The translations under genes were made by a program, and so were the position numbers. A stretch of 60,633 nt of DNA, filler included, from Platydemus manokwari (Eukaryota): the NCBI GenBank assembly GCA_037951405.1. It is 6 parts of 6 records of this genome, joined end to end, with 100 filler letters (N's around TTAATTAATTAA, not from the genome) between each part and the next. Parts side by side here need not be neighbours in the genome. Positions count along the whole stretch, not along the records: positions 29,770 to 39,293 come from JBBMOY011236875.1; positions 39,394 to 48,291 come from JBBMOY011332539.1; positions 48,392 to 60,633 come from JBBMOY010233339.1; 3 more parts are not named here. One strand, 5' to 3'. Position 1 is the stretch's first letter. Each line of letters opens with the position of its first letter. This document shows positions 38,461 to 52,715 of the stretch, in pieces. The notes beneath the pieces are model-generated. The model had not been told where the DNA came from, searched no databases, and worked only from the letters and a program-made list of their open reading frames with translations.

Positions 38461-40879
38461 TTATTATGATCGATAACTGATTTTGTCTTTAACCCGTTTT
38501 AGCTTGTTTTATACTATAACACTTGTTTTGATTAATAAATATTTGTTTATTTATTATTTTCTAATCTTCTGATAAAATGAGGGTTGACATAAAATATTTA
38601 AGGAAAGATCGCATAATGAAATATTTGCTACATCTATTTACACCAAGTCTTTGATTTGTTGTACTCCAACCATCGTAACATGATTCAGGTTAGTCGGATT
38701 TGTTATATTTTACAACAAAAAGGAAAATCAATCAATAAATAGATAATTAAATTTGATAAAAAAAATTATAAATAATCATAAATAATTATAAATAATGATA
38801 TATAATCATAAAAAATTATAAATATTTATAAATTGTTATCAAGGAAATCGTATTGAAAATATCAAAACGAAATTAAATTATTTTATAATAATATCGATAA
38901 ATTATTATTAGTTTTTTATTATAAATATTTAAAGAGTAAAGAAACTATTTTAACAGTGGCTCTATGTTTATTGGATCAAAGTGATAGATTGAAAAAAGAC
39001 AAATATAATCTGGTATCACAATTTTTCAGGATATAGCAAAAATTTTTAAAGAATTCGAAGAGCAAATGAAAATGAGGTACTTTCATGGGTGTGCACAAGA
39101 ATAAGTGGCTATTTCAAAGCAATATGTGCAAAAAAGTGTATCGACATCTTAATAAAGGTATTAACTATATATGTTTAGCAAATACCACCTAAGAGAAACT
39201 ATCGGTACAATTTAGATAGAACGGATTTTATATATACTTATAATGACTGTTTATGTTTGTTTCATCTCTAATACTTAGTTAAAATTGTTAATANNNNNNN
39301 NNNNNNNNNNNNNNNNNNNNNNNNNNNNNNNNNNNNNTTAATTAATTAANNNNNNNNNNNNNNNNNNNNNNNNNNNNNNNNNNNNNNNNNNNNTGTATGA
39401 TTATGTAGGTGTGTCAATGCTTAAATTGCTAAAACAAGGGTTTCAAGGTACGAAATCGTTTTTCTTTATCCGGATTTGGTCTTCACTCAACAATATATAT
39501 ATAATACTATCATAATATATACTATCAACACCACAGTGAATTTTTCCGACATGCGCTGAAAATATCACGCATTTCTAAATATTATAATTTCACAGTTCAT
39601 TTTAATATTTATTCCATGGGATAGGAAAATGACTATCACTAGTATTTTATTATATTTACAGTTAGTAAAATAATTGCAACTAAACATCTTTCAAGTATTA
39701 AATTCCTCTCTAAAGTCTGTGCCAGACGCAATCAGATCCTATGAGTGCCATTTCACTAAACATTTTTCAGGACACACAGCTATCAAAAAGATATTCAATA
39801 AGTTTGAACACTTGTTATTTTTATTTACTTGTTTTTTACTTGTTTTTTTACTTGATCATTTATTTATTTGTTACATTTAAATGAAACCCAACGTCTGATA
39901 ACTTTCAGATTGTTGATTTTATTTCATATTAGATCACATTGATAATCAATGTTCTCATTAAATCACAATTATAAATTTTTTATCAGTAATTATGTAAATA
40001 AATATCTATCAATCAATTAGTAAACCAGGCCTCAATAAATAGAAATGAGTGTTGTTTATTTCTTAAATACACTCTCAAATATTTATGGATAACAATATAT
40101 GTTGTATAAATAAATGATAGTCAACCCTATCCTTCTCTCAGCAACTATAACACCTATTTGTCGAATATTACTGAAGCAACCCAAATAAGTCAAGCTCTCC
40201 ATGTTATGGATTGTTTAATGATCATATTTAAAACTATATATAAATGCTTATAATTGAAAGTGATCGTACAAATAACTACTTTTTCAATATTAATTATAAT
40301 GAAATTGTTAATTTTCATTAAAATCAAATCTTAGGTTTCCATTATTAAATATTATTAACATTAAAAATCGATTTTTAATCTGAGACAATATATTACACAT
40401 AAAAGGTACTACGAGTATTTTAATAATTTGGCAACGTTATTGAATTGTTGAATAAATTATATAATTGAAAACAAAAAATTAATTTCACTAAGAATACCCA
40501 TAATTAGATCTCAAGTAAATATTTGTTCATTTTGGATTAATTGTAATCCCACCTTGAGAGCAGTTTATTGTTCATTCTTTGAACATTAAAAAAAATTAAT
40601 TTAAGTTGAAGGCATTCTGCCAATTAATTTAATAATTTTATGGAAATCTTTTTTAAAACTTGTGGAAGTTTTTTAATTAGAAAATGATGAATATTTATTC
40701 CTCAAACGAAAATATTATTATAATTAATATTTTCAAAGTTTACAATATAGGATATTTTGAGTTTTTAAAGACATCGTTTGTTTATATAATATGTCAATAT
40801 TTCAATTTTTTCGCTTAATTGAATTTTAAAAATTAATTTCGAATTGATAATTATTTTTAAAAAATTATTGATTATTAAA

Positions 40880-42084
40880 ATGAAATTTAATTACTTAATT
40901 GTTTGTCATTCTGGAGCTGGAAATCATTCCGTAGCTAGAGAAAACCTTTACAAAAATGTTTGTATTAAAGCATGTAAAGCTGCTCAAAATATTTTGAACG
41001 ATCAGTCTGAATCAATTCCAGATATTATTAAAGCGGCTGTTGAAGCAGTTAAAGTGCTGGAAGATGATCCATGTACGAATGCGGGTTGTGGTAGTAATTT
41101 AACAATTAATGGTAAATTGCAATGTGATGCAGCAGTTATGTGTGGTCAAAGTCTCAGATTTGGAGCTGTAGGATGCTTAAGTAATATTAAAAATCCTATT
41201 CTTGTCGCTGAAAAATTATTAAACAGACAGTTAGATGAGGCTTTATTGAGCGGCGGAAGATATCCACCAAGTGTTTTAGTTGGGAAAGATGCAACCGACT
41301 GGGCTGTTATGAATAGTTAAATCTATTATATATTTCTTATAGGTAAATTGTTTTTTAAATTGCAGATATCAGTAAAATTGATAATTCGGAGCTGATAACT
41401 GTTGAAAGACTAAGAAAGTTTGAAAAATATAAAAAATTATTATCAAAAAATGAATCCTTAGCTAAAAAACGGAAATTAGATGACTGTGAAGAGAATGCAA
41501 AGCGCCCCTGTGAAATTGATCTGTCTGAAGATAAAAGCTTCCTCGATACGGTTGGAGTAATTATTGCTGACAGTTTCGGACGAGTTGTATCTGCTACGTC
41601 AAGTGGGGGCATTTTTCTGAAACAAGATGGACGACTTGGTCAATCTTGTATGTTCGGTTGTGGATGTTTTGCCGAACAGAAAGATAACGGTATATCAGTG
41701 GCGGCAGTTTCGACTGGATTGGGTGAACAATTAATGAGAACGATGTTACCAATGAAAACCTGTGAAGCTCTTTCATCGTGGTCATTTGATGATGAAGACA
41801 TGAATGTCCATGACAAATTTCAATCGTTTCTGGAGAAAAATTTCATGAATTCTGTTTTTCTGAGCGGTGACCCGTATAAATCGTTTGGAGTTCTCGGTTT
41901 GAGAAGGCAACTTATCAATGACGACAAAGTGAGTATCGATTTATTATTCGGTCATTCGACTCCATCTCTATGCTTGGCTCATTTGAGCAGTAATGATTCC
42001 ATTCCACATGCAGTGATGTCGAGAAAAGTTGATAGCGAAACAGAATTCGTAATCGGGTCACTGGGAACTGTCTTCGGTGTATGA
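40880..42084 (+). CDS. TASP1: Threonine aspartase 1 (taspase-1), 384 aa. Exons 40880-41315 and 41366-42084
   Basis: HSGAG, LEDDPCTNAGCGSNL, FGAVG..IKNPI, autocleavage LD/TVG (41542-41556), SSGGIFLKQDGRLGQ, GCGCFAE, STGLGEQL; a 50-bp GT-AG intron restores the frame. Confidence 0.93.
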
Positions 42085-43994
42085 TGTTGGAGATATTTTC
42101 ATTTCATCAATCGATATTACTGACGAATCGTGCTTAATTATCGTGCAATTTCCATGAATAGTATGTATATACTGAATAAAATGATTCTATTTAAAAAATA
42201 TCTTCTCACAAAACCACACACCAGCAAAGCACACACATACACACATTTGTGCTTAACCTTATGAAAGTCTCGTTAGTGTGCATGCATTTGTTAATTTATG
42301 ATATCCATCTCTTATTGGATTCTCAAACTTTTGTCGTTACAAAATTTGGCTTTCTACATAACAGTTTATCAGTAAGAGATTATGGTAAATATTTATTGAT
42401 TTCTTAAGAAATTTCATTGGTTGGTTTTTGTTTGTTTATTTTTAATATTTTAATCAATTATTTGTATTTTTAAAAATAATTACCACCTGTGTTTTATTTT
42501 ATTTATGTTTTCATTATCAATATGTTTATAATAGGAAATATCAAGATCATATAAAATCGATAATTTTCTTTGAAAGAAAAATTACAAAATGTGATATTGA
42601 GATGTCATTTTATGGAATTCTAATAAAGCTGCATTTAAAAGGGTAGACTAAAAATATGGATTTTAAATATGAATGAATTATAAACAATATTATTCAATCC
42701 AAATTGATGAGAAACTAAATTAACCTTTAGAAATTAATGAGTAATTTTTAATGGAATATGCTAGTCTTCATATTTTATAATCCATCGTATCATGGTCGCC
42801 AGTAAGCGAGTTGGTCATCAAGAAGTAATCGTACGGATGAAAAATTGCGAAAACGGGACATGGACCGTGATTTTCACTTTCTTTTGAAGTGTCTTTTATA
42901 ATATTAGTCTCTGTGTTAGTATTTTTGCAGTCACTTTTTAGGACAACATAGTTGATCCTTTTAAAATCCATAACAATACTTATCGTTGAACTTTATTGCT
43001 TGCATATATTATCCTTTCAGAAATTGATTTGTATTATTAATAAGGCCTTGATTTCAATCTGTCAGTGATTTTACACCCAACCAGTATTTTTAAAAGGAAT
43101 CAAAATTATTTATGGGCATATCGCCATAATCTATTTGGACAATTAATTTATTCGACTTGCATTTCGACACAAACCCCCTCCCCACATATATATATATATA
43201 TTCATATGTGTGTGTGTATTATTAGTAAGCCACAAAAAATTTGATGTTACGAACTAGATTTGAATATGGTCGAATTCAGCAAATAATTTATAGTAGCTTA
43301 TTTTGTTCGCACTAATTTTGACTTTATCAGTCTTTGAGCACTATTATGCAACTTATGTGCACTAACTATAATATAATGATCATTGTAGTAACAAAAGTAG
43401 TGAATTATTATTGCTAATTTTCATAATTTATCAGTCGTTGATTTTAATAATGATCAGGCTGATATTAAAAAGATGATAAAATGATATTCGATGACAAATT
43501 TGTAACAAATATGATTATGATGATTAACAATTTGATTGATAACAAAATCAACAAATAATACCAAGAGAAAAATACACTAAATAAAAATACAATCACAATT
43601 TCAGAATGATCTACAATCTCTTGGAAAGTTTGCGATGAATAAGTATCTAACTACGATTGCGGCAAAATCGACCCGAAGAGTGAATCACAGTATATATGAA
43701 TATTAATATTGATTTTAAATAACGTAACATTGCTACGATTCGTGATACCACTTTTATTGTTTCTGTTTCTATTCAAGGTTTAACAAGAATTTATCAATTT
43801 AGTTTTTCAATAACAGTTCCTTGCTTTACTTCATCAATTCCCTTTTTACACCTTGCGATTTTTAATTTTTATTAATCATATTAATTAATTACTTTTTGAG
43901 GTGATATATGTTGCATCAATTTATCTTACACATTTTCCATCTTATAAGAACTTATTTCTTCTGGAAAATAAAGTAAAATAAAATTATGCATGCT

Positions 43995-45882
43995 ATTAGG
44001 TACTTGTGTTTTATCTCAAAATAAATATGTTCATAGCTATTTAATATATTAGATACATATTTAAGAAGTTTCGGAACTCGAATAAGAACTTGGTTCAACA
44101 ATTCGGCTTTATCCCTTTTCTACATTTTGAAGAAGTATTTTTGATTCACACAAAAAGTGTATTAGCAAAATAACCTGCATAAGCAAATCAGTTGACAAAT
44201 ATTGACAATTTTTATTAAAATAAAAGTAAAATTTTTTAATTATTTATTAAGATACAAAATTTGTATATTCAACCCATATAAAGATATATGTGGGGAACTA
44301 ACCAGGCCATTTTGACTCAACCAAATTAACCAAAAATAAATATAAATTGATATAAAATTTTTTTTCATATTAAGTCCCAATTTAAGAAAATAATAAGGGC
44401 AAAAATTAAAAAATTTGTCATAAAAATTATTTAAAGAAAATATGTTTTAATAAATCAAAAATTATACTTGTTTGAGTTCTCCAAATAGCTAAATTATAGT
44501 TTCGACCTCAAGGTAATTTGAAAAACGATTAGCAAATCTCTTTTTAGCATCTGCGTCAGTACTAAACATAAACTTCCCCAATTTAGGTTCTCCATTGACT
44601 AAAATTGTGGGTTGTTACTATTTTTGACACTGAAGTGTAAGTGTTGCTAGTAATAGTAACCGATGTAGAGAAAATATCAGTCAGGCAAGTATATAAGCAG
44701 AGATCAACCCACAGTTGTTGCACAATTTTGACTATTCACATTTACGATATTTGACTAATTTTCGCAAGAAGCTATTTATTTTAAACTTGGTCAGACGTTA
44801 CCAGCTCAATTCCACAGCTAACTATTGTATGCCAATTTCTACAGCTATTTATTGTATGCCAATTTCTAACCGAAGATTTTCTTGAAGATATTTTTATGCA
44901 AATTTCTATGATGCAACCTACGAGTAAATTTTTAATTGTTTTTGACCCAAGGCTAATTTTAGTCTTGAGGTCTATTAAAATCATATAGGTTCCTGCTTAA
45001 AAGTTTCCCACTATTAATTTTTGGTTACGAGAGGCTTACCTGAGCACCTAAGCGGTACGCCCTTTACTTTTTACTTGACTACACATCTCTTTCCTCCCAA
45101 AATAACGAATACCGTCTTGAGTGATTTAAATTTATTGTAATTCATTTATCAGTTGTAGATCAATATATTTTATTTGGTTTTTTTGTATTTTTCATTCTAT
45201 TTAAATTATTTGTCATTTATATTTTAAATACTATTTTTATTATAATCACCCGAGTATTTTAAGCGACAACAACCTTTTATCAGTTTGGAGTCCAGATAAG
45301 TTGAAGATCTAGGGTAACTATTATTAATTCTATTTAAATCCTTCTGATCAAATCTTGTGTATTATTACATCGAGTTACAAATTGTACATTTGTAATTTGA
45401 ACTTATCATTACTATATCGACAACCCGACAATCTTTAACATATAGCCTAACATAGAAAAGATATTGCATGCTTAAATATCGTCATAGAAATTGATGAGGA
45501 CTATTTTGGAGGAGCCAAATATAATAGTGTATGTCGATGGCATTCCATTTGAGTTGTTGAAAGACTGTGGACATATAGTTAGGAAAAATTATTTCTTATT
45601 TCTAGTGCGCAACCAAAGCGCATCAAGTCTTAAACCATTAAATGGAAGTTAAATAGAAATTTTATATTTAAAATGATACTTTGATTTCGTTCCACGTTTG
45701 TGAAACTATGATCCATAATATATAGGGATTGTTAGAGTTCTTTTTTCCTTTATCATCTAAAATTGAATTTTAACCAAAAATTTCAATAAATTATGATTAA
45801 AAATAAATTTTATATTGGATTATGTACGGAAATACATTGCATTAAAATTGGATCGAAAGACCTTTTTTCTGAACTTAAGCCA
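43995..45882 (+). mobile_element. Merlin (IS1595-like) DNA transposon remnant interrupted by a solo LTR
   Basis: 45481-45640 reads VIEIDEDYFGGAKYN...VVER...FLVRNQSASSLKPL (Merlin EIDE..FG..KYN motif). Both flanks match the element at 50137-51590. Confidence 0.65.
44289..45440 (+). mobile_element. Solo LTR (family B)
   Basis: TGT...ACA termini flanked by a 4-bp TATA duplication; internal TATATAAGCAG; 3' end shared with 12102-12315. The 5' end rests only on the TSD. Confidence 0.6.
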
Positions 45883-46699
45883 AAAAACTTAATGCATCAG
45901 ATATACCAAAATAGTATCACATGATACCAAATATAAAATGTTACAAAAAATGAAATAATGCATAAAGCACACACTTGGAATAAATTGTAACAGTATATAA
46001 ACCAGTGAAACCAGTCGCTTTGAGTACAAAAAAGTTTCGTACAAAATTTTAACGGCACAAAATTGAATTCCGATAAATTGGAACAATGTTATTTTGGCAT
46101 CTATTCGAAAAAATTTTATTATTATTCTAATTTTCTTATTCGTTCGCAGTGTGAATATTATTTATCATCAAAATCAATTCTGAAACTAATTTTCCAAACA
46201 CATTATGAATAAATTTGTCATTGTCATTCTAATTTCTAGTCTTGTGACATTTTAGAATCTCATATGAAGCTCATATCTAATTCTCTTATTTCATTTTTAT
46301 AGAGACTTGTCCGAACACATAGGCGGACGATATTCACTGATTTCTAGTGAATTAGGCTCACAAAAGAGTTTTATCTGTTCTTTCTATAAATTCATATTTA
46401 AATTAATCAAATACATTTTATTATTTTGTCTTAATTGTTATTGTTTATAATATAACTAGTGTTTATATTTAAAATATTATTTGATTATATTTTCCTCAAA
46501 TTATTTATCATTAACATTCTTAATCTATCGGAGTTTAGATATTTACGTTAAAGATTCTCAAACCTCTGACTCTATTATATATAAGCGTGATATTAAATTT
46601 CTCGAGATGTAAATTAATCAATTGATACATTTTTATAAATCATTTTATTATCAATAACTATTGGAAAAATGATTATGTGTTTACCCATTTATTAAACTG

Positions 46700-47455
46700 T
46701 CATGGCCAGAGATATATTCTATAGTATAATGAGTTTAGTAGCACTATCAAAAACCTAAATTTGATTTTAAAAAGCGTTTGAAAAAAACATATTGCTAACT
46801 GATATTCGACACCTTTTCAGAAAACGGTTTAAGAATAGAAAATGAGTGTTCTCTAAACACGTTGAAGAGTTTGCATATCAACTATTCCTGTTCTTAAAAC
46901 GAGCAAATTAGAGATCAAAACAACTAATCTGATACTAAAAACAATGTGAAAGATTATTTATGAGAAGGATTCTTACCACACATTCTACTCTATCTAAGTT
47001 TATATACAGGAGATGAATTTGACGAGTTAGTACAAAAGATCAGATTTATAGAAATAGGATAAGAAAAAGGGCAACAAATCTGTGCTTTATATGAAAATTA
47101 TGCAGAACTAGGAAACTAGTGTAGTGAGCCATCCAAGCCATTTCTGACCTAACGTAGAAACTAAATAATTATAAATATAAAAAAACTTAAATTACCGGCT
47201 ATCTTATATAAATTATCAAAATCTTAAACATCAGCCTCAAAACAAATGAAAGAAATCTTATAACGGAGACAAAAATAACAATGATAAGATCAGTAGGCAA
47301 CAAACTAAGTATTGACACGCCAACATAAACAAGAATGGACAAAGAATCAAATGCCAAAACGTGCGGCAAGGATAATCATTATGCAAAAGAATGCAAGATC
47401 ACAGACGTCCAATGTAGTAAATGGCCAAACCAGGCTATATCAGTTATATAAGCCT
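46700..47455 (+). mobile_element. Degenerate retrotransposon gag remnant with zinc knuckles
   Basis: KCQ/TCGKDNHYAKECKITDVQCSK..KPGYI (CX2CX4HX4C) at ~47350-47440. Confidence 0.65.
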
Positions 47456-47578
47456 ATTTACAAAATGATCTAAACCCAAAGTGAGTCAAAATCCAAATTG
47501 ATGTATATACAAATATTATTCCCGGAGCCGGGAGTAAGCAGGTCCAGCGCAGACAATCAGGTGAGCCAACTGCTAACA

Positions 47579-48291
47579 TGTGTTGGGTTGTGGTGAGATG
47601 TTATGTTTTGTCGTTTGTTATATCACAACTCAACAGCGTGAGTTCTTTACTATTTTTTGTGAATTTATTTTTCGACAAAAGTAATATCAACAAAGAAGAA
47701 TTTTATATCAAAAATTTTATTTGAAATTACAACGTACAAACACTCAAGTTAACTCAATCGAAATTTTACAAGAAAAAACAAATTAACTATGGTAATCTCA
47801 CCGAGATCGTGAGAACCACTATATACCTTACAACGTTAAATATAGATTTTGTTATATAGACCAAACACTCAAAATCTCCAAAGGTTGATCCTTTAGAGAA
47901 CCTGTTTCTTTAAGGAAAATATTACTTTAAATTTACTTTTAGTTATCAGTACTTCAAATAGAAACTCTTTCTTCACTACTTAGTCCGTTTAAAGTCGTCG
48001 AAAATTTTTAGAGTGAATTGTGATGAAAATCCCTCTGCTTATATAGTCGTTGAAATTCGGTACTTTGTACCCGGGGATTTCCATCACGTTTATGAATTTT
48101 AAAACTATTTTATCACTTTGGTCTTTATTTGTTTATATTTTTGAAAGTCTAGAACCTTAATTATTCCTTAATGTTTTTCTGACATTATAAATTTTATTAT
48201 TTAAAATTCCGACCTTATCTATTAATTATTAAACTATTGACATTTGAAAATACTTCATTATTAGAAATTCTAACCTTATCTATTAATTATT
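47579..48291 (-). mobile_element. LTR family A copy (inverted)
   Basis: Reverse complement matches 11583-12101; TATATAAGCAG; ends ...acccaacaca. Confidence 0.7.
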
Positions 48292-48391
48292 NNNNNNNNN
48301 NNNNNNNNNNNNNNNNNNNNNNNNNNNNNNNNNNNTTAATTAATTAANNNNNNNNNNNNNNNNNNNNNNNNNNNNNNNNNNNNNNNNNNNN

Positions 48392-48461
<70 letters not shown>
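48392..48461. repeat. (AAT)n microsatellite at contig start
   Basis: Directly visible. Confidence 0.95.
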
Positions 48462-48464
<3 letters not shown>

Positions 48465-50136
48465 GTTTCTATCTAGAAATCTATTTATGATTAAAAATAT
48501 ACAATTTAGAAACAAAAGTTTTATCCAGCATCCAAGGTTAAATCCTTCCTTGAGATACTGGCACAGAACTATATCCAGATTTCATAACTACTTTAATCAG
48601 TAACATGTACCCTATCTCAATATACATATATTGGATAATTTTAGAACTCATAAATTTATAATAAATATTAATAAATATAATATTGGATACGATTCAGGCT
48701 TAAATTAATAACTTTTCACGTTTGATATACACTCGTGTGATTTACTTAACTAAATCTAAAATTGTTTTACTTGAAATCATTTAATGTATGCTACGATGGG
48801 TTGTTAATAACTCAAGACCGGTTTTCATTTTTATGTTATGTCAGTAAATGGTAATTATTTATTTTATTCCCTGAAATATCATCTAAAGTAATTTTAAAAA
48901 ACTTTCCTTAAACCTATTTTGTACTTTTTAATTCCAAAATTATTGTTTGATAATCATCTTTGTATTAAAATGGTTTAAAAAATAAATTATTTTTAAATTA
49001 TTTTAAAGAGCTCTTTAAAAATAATAGCAATAATATTTCTATGGGATATGATCATATAAAACTGATATCGATTATTTAATAAAATTGATCGGAGATTCAA
49101 ATCAATCGATAATCAAATTATTAAAATGCTATTAAATTCGAGATAATATATGAGAGAGTTGAGTATTAAGGATAGATGCTATATTTCAAGTCCACTCTAA
49201 TCAATTCCTTATAATAGTACTGAAAATTTCCGCATCAAAACTGAAATATTTATGAAACAATTTTTGAAGAAAACTCAAATGTAAATCACCGATTGATTTA
49301 AACAAGATAATCAATACAAATCTTCACTTTTAAAAGATTCAATGAAGAATTCAGCATAGAAAACTGTTCTTGAATTACTTCGTAATTTATGAAAATATTC
49401 TACTTTTATTAATTTTATAATCATTTTATTTCGGATAAATGTCGCACCAAACAGCATTTTTTCTTTAAATTAACTTAATTATTTTCCATTATAATATTGA
49501 TTGGCTGAAATATGATGTCTTTTATTTTTGTTTCGTAATGTCTATTCTTATTTTCTGACAAAATTTATTTCCATCGACCATGACAGAGTTGATTCCTTTG
49601 TTTGAATTTGTTCAAAATCGTGAATCAATTCGCTACAGTTTGCTGTTGTTTTTGTTTTAAATTTGCTGCAAAATGTGAATTTTAGTATTGAATAAAATCT
49701 GATCTCTCACTGTCCAGTTACGACAGTCGAATTGCCCGTGGAGGCTTCTTAAATCTTCTAACGGTAATGAGAATAAGAAATATTGAATGTCAATGATTTA
49801 TGAATTTTAAATTCGCTCATAAAAATTTGAGTTTTTTCACTTTGGGTTTTTTTTTAATATTTTGCTCAAAAATTGTTGTGGTCAACAGATACCGATTATC
49901 GATGATTCTGGATTTTTATTTATTGGATTAAAAATATCAGTATAATAAATAAATTGAAATCATTTTTTCTTCGAAATTTTATTTTATAGTCGACTTGTAA
50001 ATAGGTTTAATAGATAGTTATTGAAATTTCATTTTTAAATTCAATTAATAGAGTAATTAAATTAATTTATTTAAATAAAACTATTAATTAAAATGAATTT
50101 ATTTATTCAAACGCGTATCAAACGACACATGCATTG

Positions 50137-51590
50137 AGCTTAATTTAAAAAGGGGTCCTTTGACCCCTTTCGTAATAATGAATTTTCGCGCATGAGGTAA
50201 TTTTATAATTTAATTTTATATATCTAATTTTGATATTTGATTAATTCCTAGAGTTCAGTTAATATCCCATTTTTAAGATGTCTAATAAAGACAAAACGCA
50301 GTTTTAAAATCCAAGTTCTTATGCTAATCACAACACTTATATGATTATTTGAGTTTTAAATAAATTTTGTAATTATAAATCAAGTCTGTTAACTACATAC
50401 ATGTTTAATAACATCATTGCTTATTTTTGTAAACTACTCTTAAAAATTGAGTCTCTCCAATACCAAAAAGAAGTCCTTGCTCATTTTAAGTAAATTACAA
50501 TTTGACCTAATTAGATTCGTTTCCCAAATAATCAAAATTTAAGAGATTTGGATGCTCTAATGTTTTTGATATTTTATTTCAATAAACTGAAATTCTTTTT
50601 AAGGGCTTAAATAAAAAATTCAAAATGTTTTTAAAGAATCTAATTATATAAACTAGATATGTTTTTGTAATATACTCACCAAAGTTGAATATTCATATTA
50701 GGACTCCATGCATTGTTAGTAGTAGCTACTTTATATAAATTATGGGCTAAAGTTAAAAAATAGGGTCCTAAAATAAAATTTTAAAATTGTGGAGTGTATT
50801 GTAAAAATCTATATAAATTATTTAATTAAATTCGTTAATAACATTTTGAATTTTTTATTTAAGTACTTCAGTAAAATTTTAGTTTTTTAGAATTGAATAA
50901 TACATGAACAGGATTTTTCAAATCTACATAAAATTAATTATTTAAAAAACACGTCAAAGTAGGTCAAAATGCAGTTAATCGAAAATTAGCGAGGACTCCT
51001 TCTTTTAACATTAGACGCAATTGGAATGATGCCTAAGATTTTTGGAGTTATTTTATAAAAAATGACTTCGAAATTATTAAGAAGTGCCATTAACAAGGTA
51101 CTTGTGTTTTCTCTCAAAATAAGTATATTAATATCTATTTAATAAATTGGATACATAGATCCCAAACCTGTCGATGTTGTAATGAAATGAAGATTTGATC
51201 CAAATCAAATAAATCGTACAGGTGAAGACGCCATAAATATATAAATTTCGGCATCCAAATAAGGACTTGGTCCAACAATTCACCCTTGTCCCTTTTCGAC
51301 ACTCTGAATAAAATATTTTTGGTGCACGGGGCTCACACAAAAAAATTATATTTAAAAATATATATATTATATTTACAAATCCATTAGTAAGAAATGTTTT
51401 GAAAGTGCCAAATATAGTAGCGGGCATCGAAGACATGGTTTTAAATTGTTAGAGTTGATCTTTGATTTTCAATCTAAAATTGAATTTTATGTAGAAAAAA
51501 ATGATTACAAATAATTTTTAATATCAAATAACTCACGAAAAGTCATTACTTTAAAATTGGGTCAAATGACCCTTTTTCTTAACTTAAGCC
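50137..51590. mobile_element. Non-autonomous TIR DNA transposon, same family as the Merlin remnant
   Basis: Imperfect TIRs agcttaatttaaaaaggggtcctttgaccc / gggtcaaatgaccctttttcttaacttaagcc; internal similarity to 43995-44150 and 45750-45882. No TSD seen. Confidence 0.6.
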
Positions 51591-52215
51591 AAATTATGAA
51601 ATTCGTCACAATTAAACATTGAGAGAATTTTCGAACTATTTATTATTACAAACAGATTTTTGAAACAAATTAAAATATTTCCAAATATTTCATCTCCCTT
51701 CAGTATAAAAATTACCTTGTTACGGACCAAAATGTATTTTCATAATGGACTCCATGGCCCAATGGTTAATTAGGATGGCAATGATGAAAGTATTTATGGG
51801 TTTCAAGCCCATAACTAGAGAATTATAATTTCCTGAACAGAAATATTGTTCGGTCTGTAATTACTGGGTTGTTAGCCTAAATAAAATATGTGTGGGATCT
51901 TTGACTCATGCTTATCCTTTTTGGCTCCAATTCCAACTTGGTGACATAATTAAGCACATTAAATGTAATTAATTTAATAATTTTTTTTAATTTTAAATTC
52001 TAATTCAGTAATTTCATAGATCGTGTTTGATTATAATTGTGAAAAATTATGTCAAAATATTACTTTTCTTTTCTTTCCTTTTCAATCAATTTTGCAATAA
52101 TGTGTAACTTTTAATGGTTTAATATTCGAACCGAAAAATACTTTCTTTAGATTTATCATTGAATCTGATATATTACATCCATAATTTTTATTTATATTTT
52201 TATGTCATATATTTA

Positions 52216-52715
52216 CTGTACATTACGTGTATCAAGTCCCTACATCTATTAAGACCCCTCTCATTTATAGATCAAAAATTTTAGAAAAGCCTAAATTACT
52301 TTATTCGTCATATAATCCATGAAATTCTTCTTCACTCTCAAACATATCTCCTGTTTCCACATGTTGATTAACCAGTTTTGCAGCTTATTCTTCCATTTCC
52401 TCATCATTTGTGTCTGAGGAATCACTTTGGGCAAAAATAGCAGCATACTCAGAGCCAATTTTTGCAAACTCAACCACTTTTAGCTTGTATCTTGCAGTAT
52501 AGGAATTTCGCCTTTCAGAGATTTTGCGGGAATCAGAAATAACAATTTATTGTGTAGCATCATAAAGCAGTTGAATAACGGCAGAAAACTAGCTAATCAC
52601 AGGCATTAGTGGTTGACCCAGCAAGCCAATTGCTAACTACACCTATTAAGACCCCTTGGGATTTTAGACTGAAATTTTTTGCAAAAAGGTAGGTCTTAAT
52701 GCACGAAATCTACGG
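52216..52715 (-). mobile_element. pogo/Tigger-like internally deleted element
   Basis: Imperfect TIRs ctgtacattacgtgtatcaagtcc / ccgtagatttcgtgcattaagacc, with TA on the left. Minus strand encodes RYKLKVVEFAK (N-terminal HTH start) and an acidic tail MFESEEEFHGL. Confidence 0.6.

Noticed and set aside
42768-42971. 67-aa minus ORF downstream of TASP1
   Set aside because: Coding-like but no recognisable motif or supporting exons.
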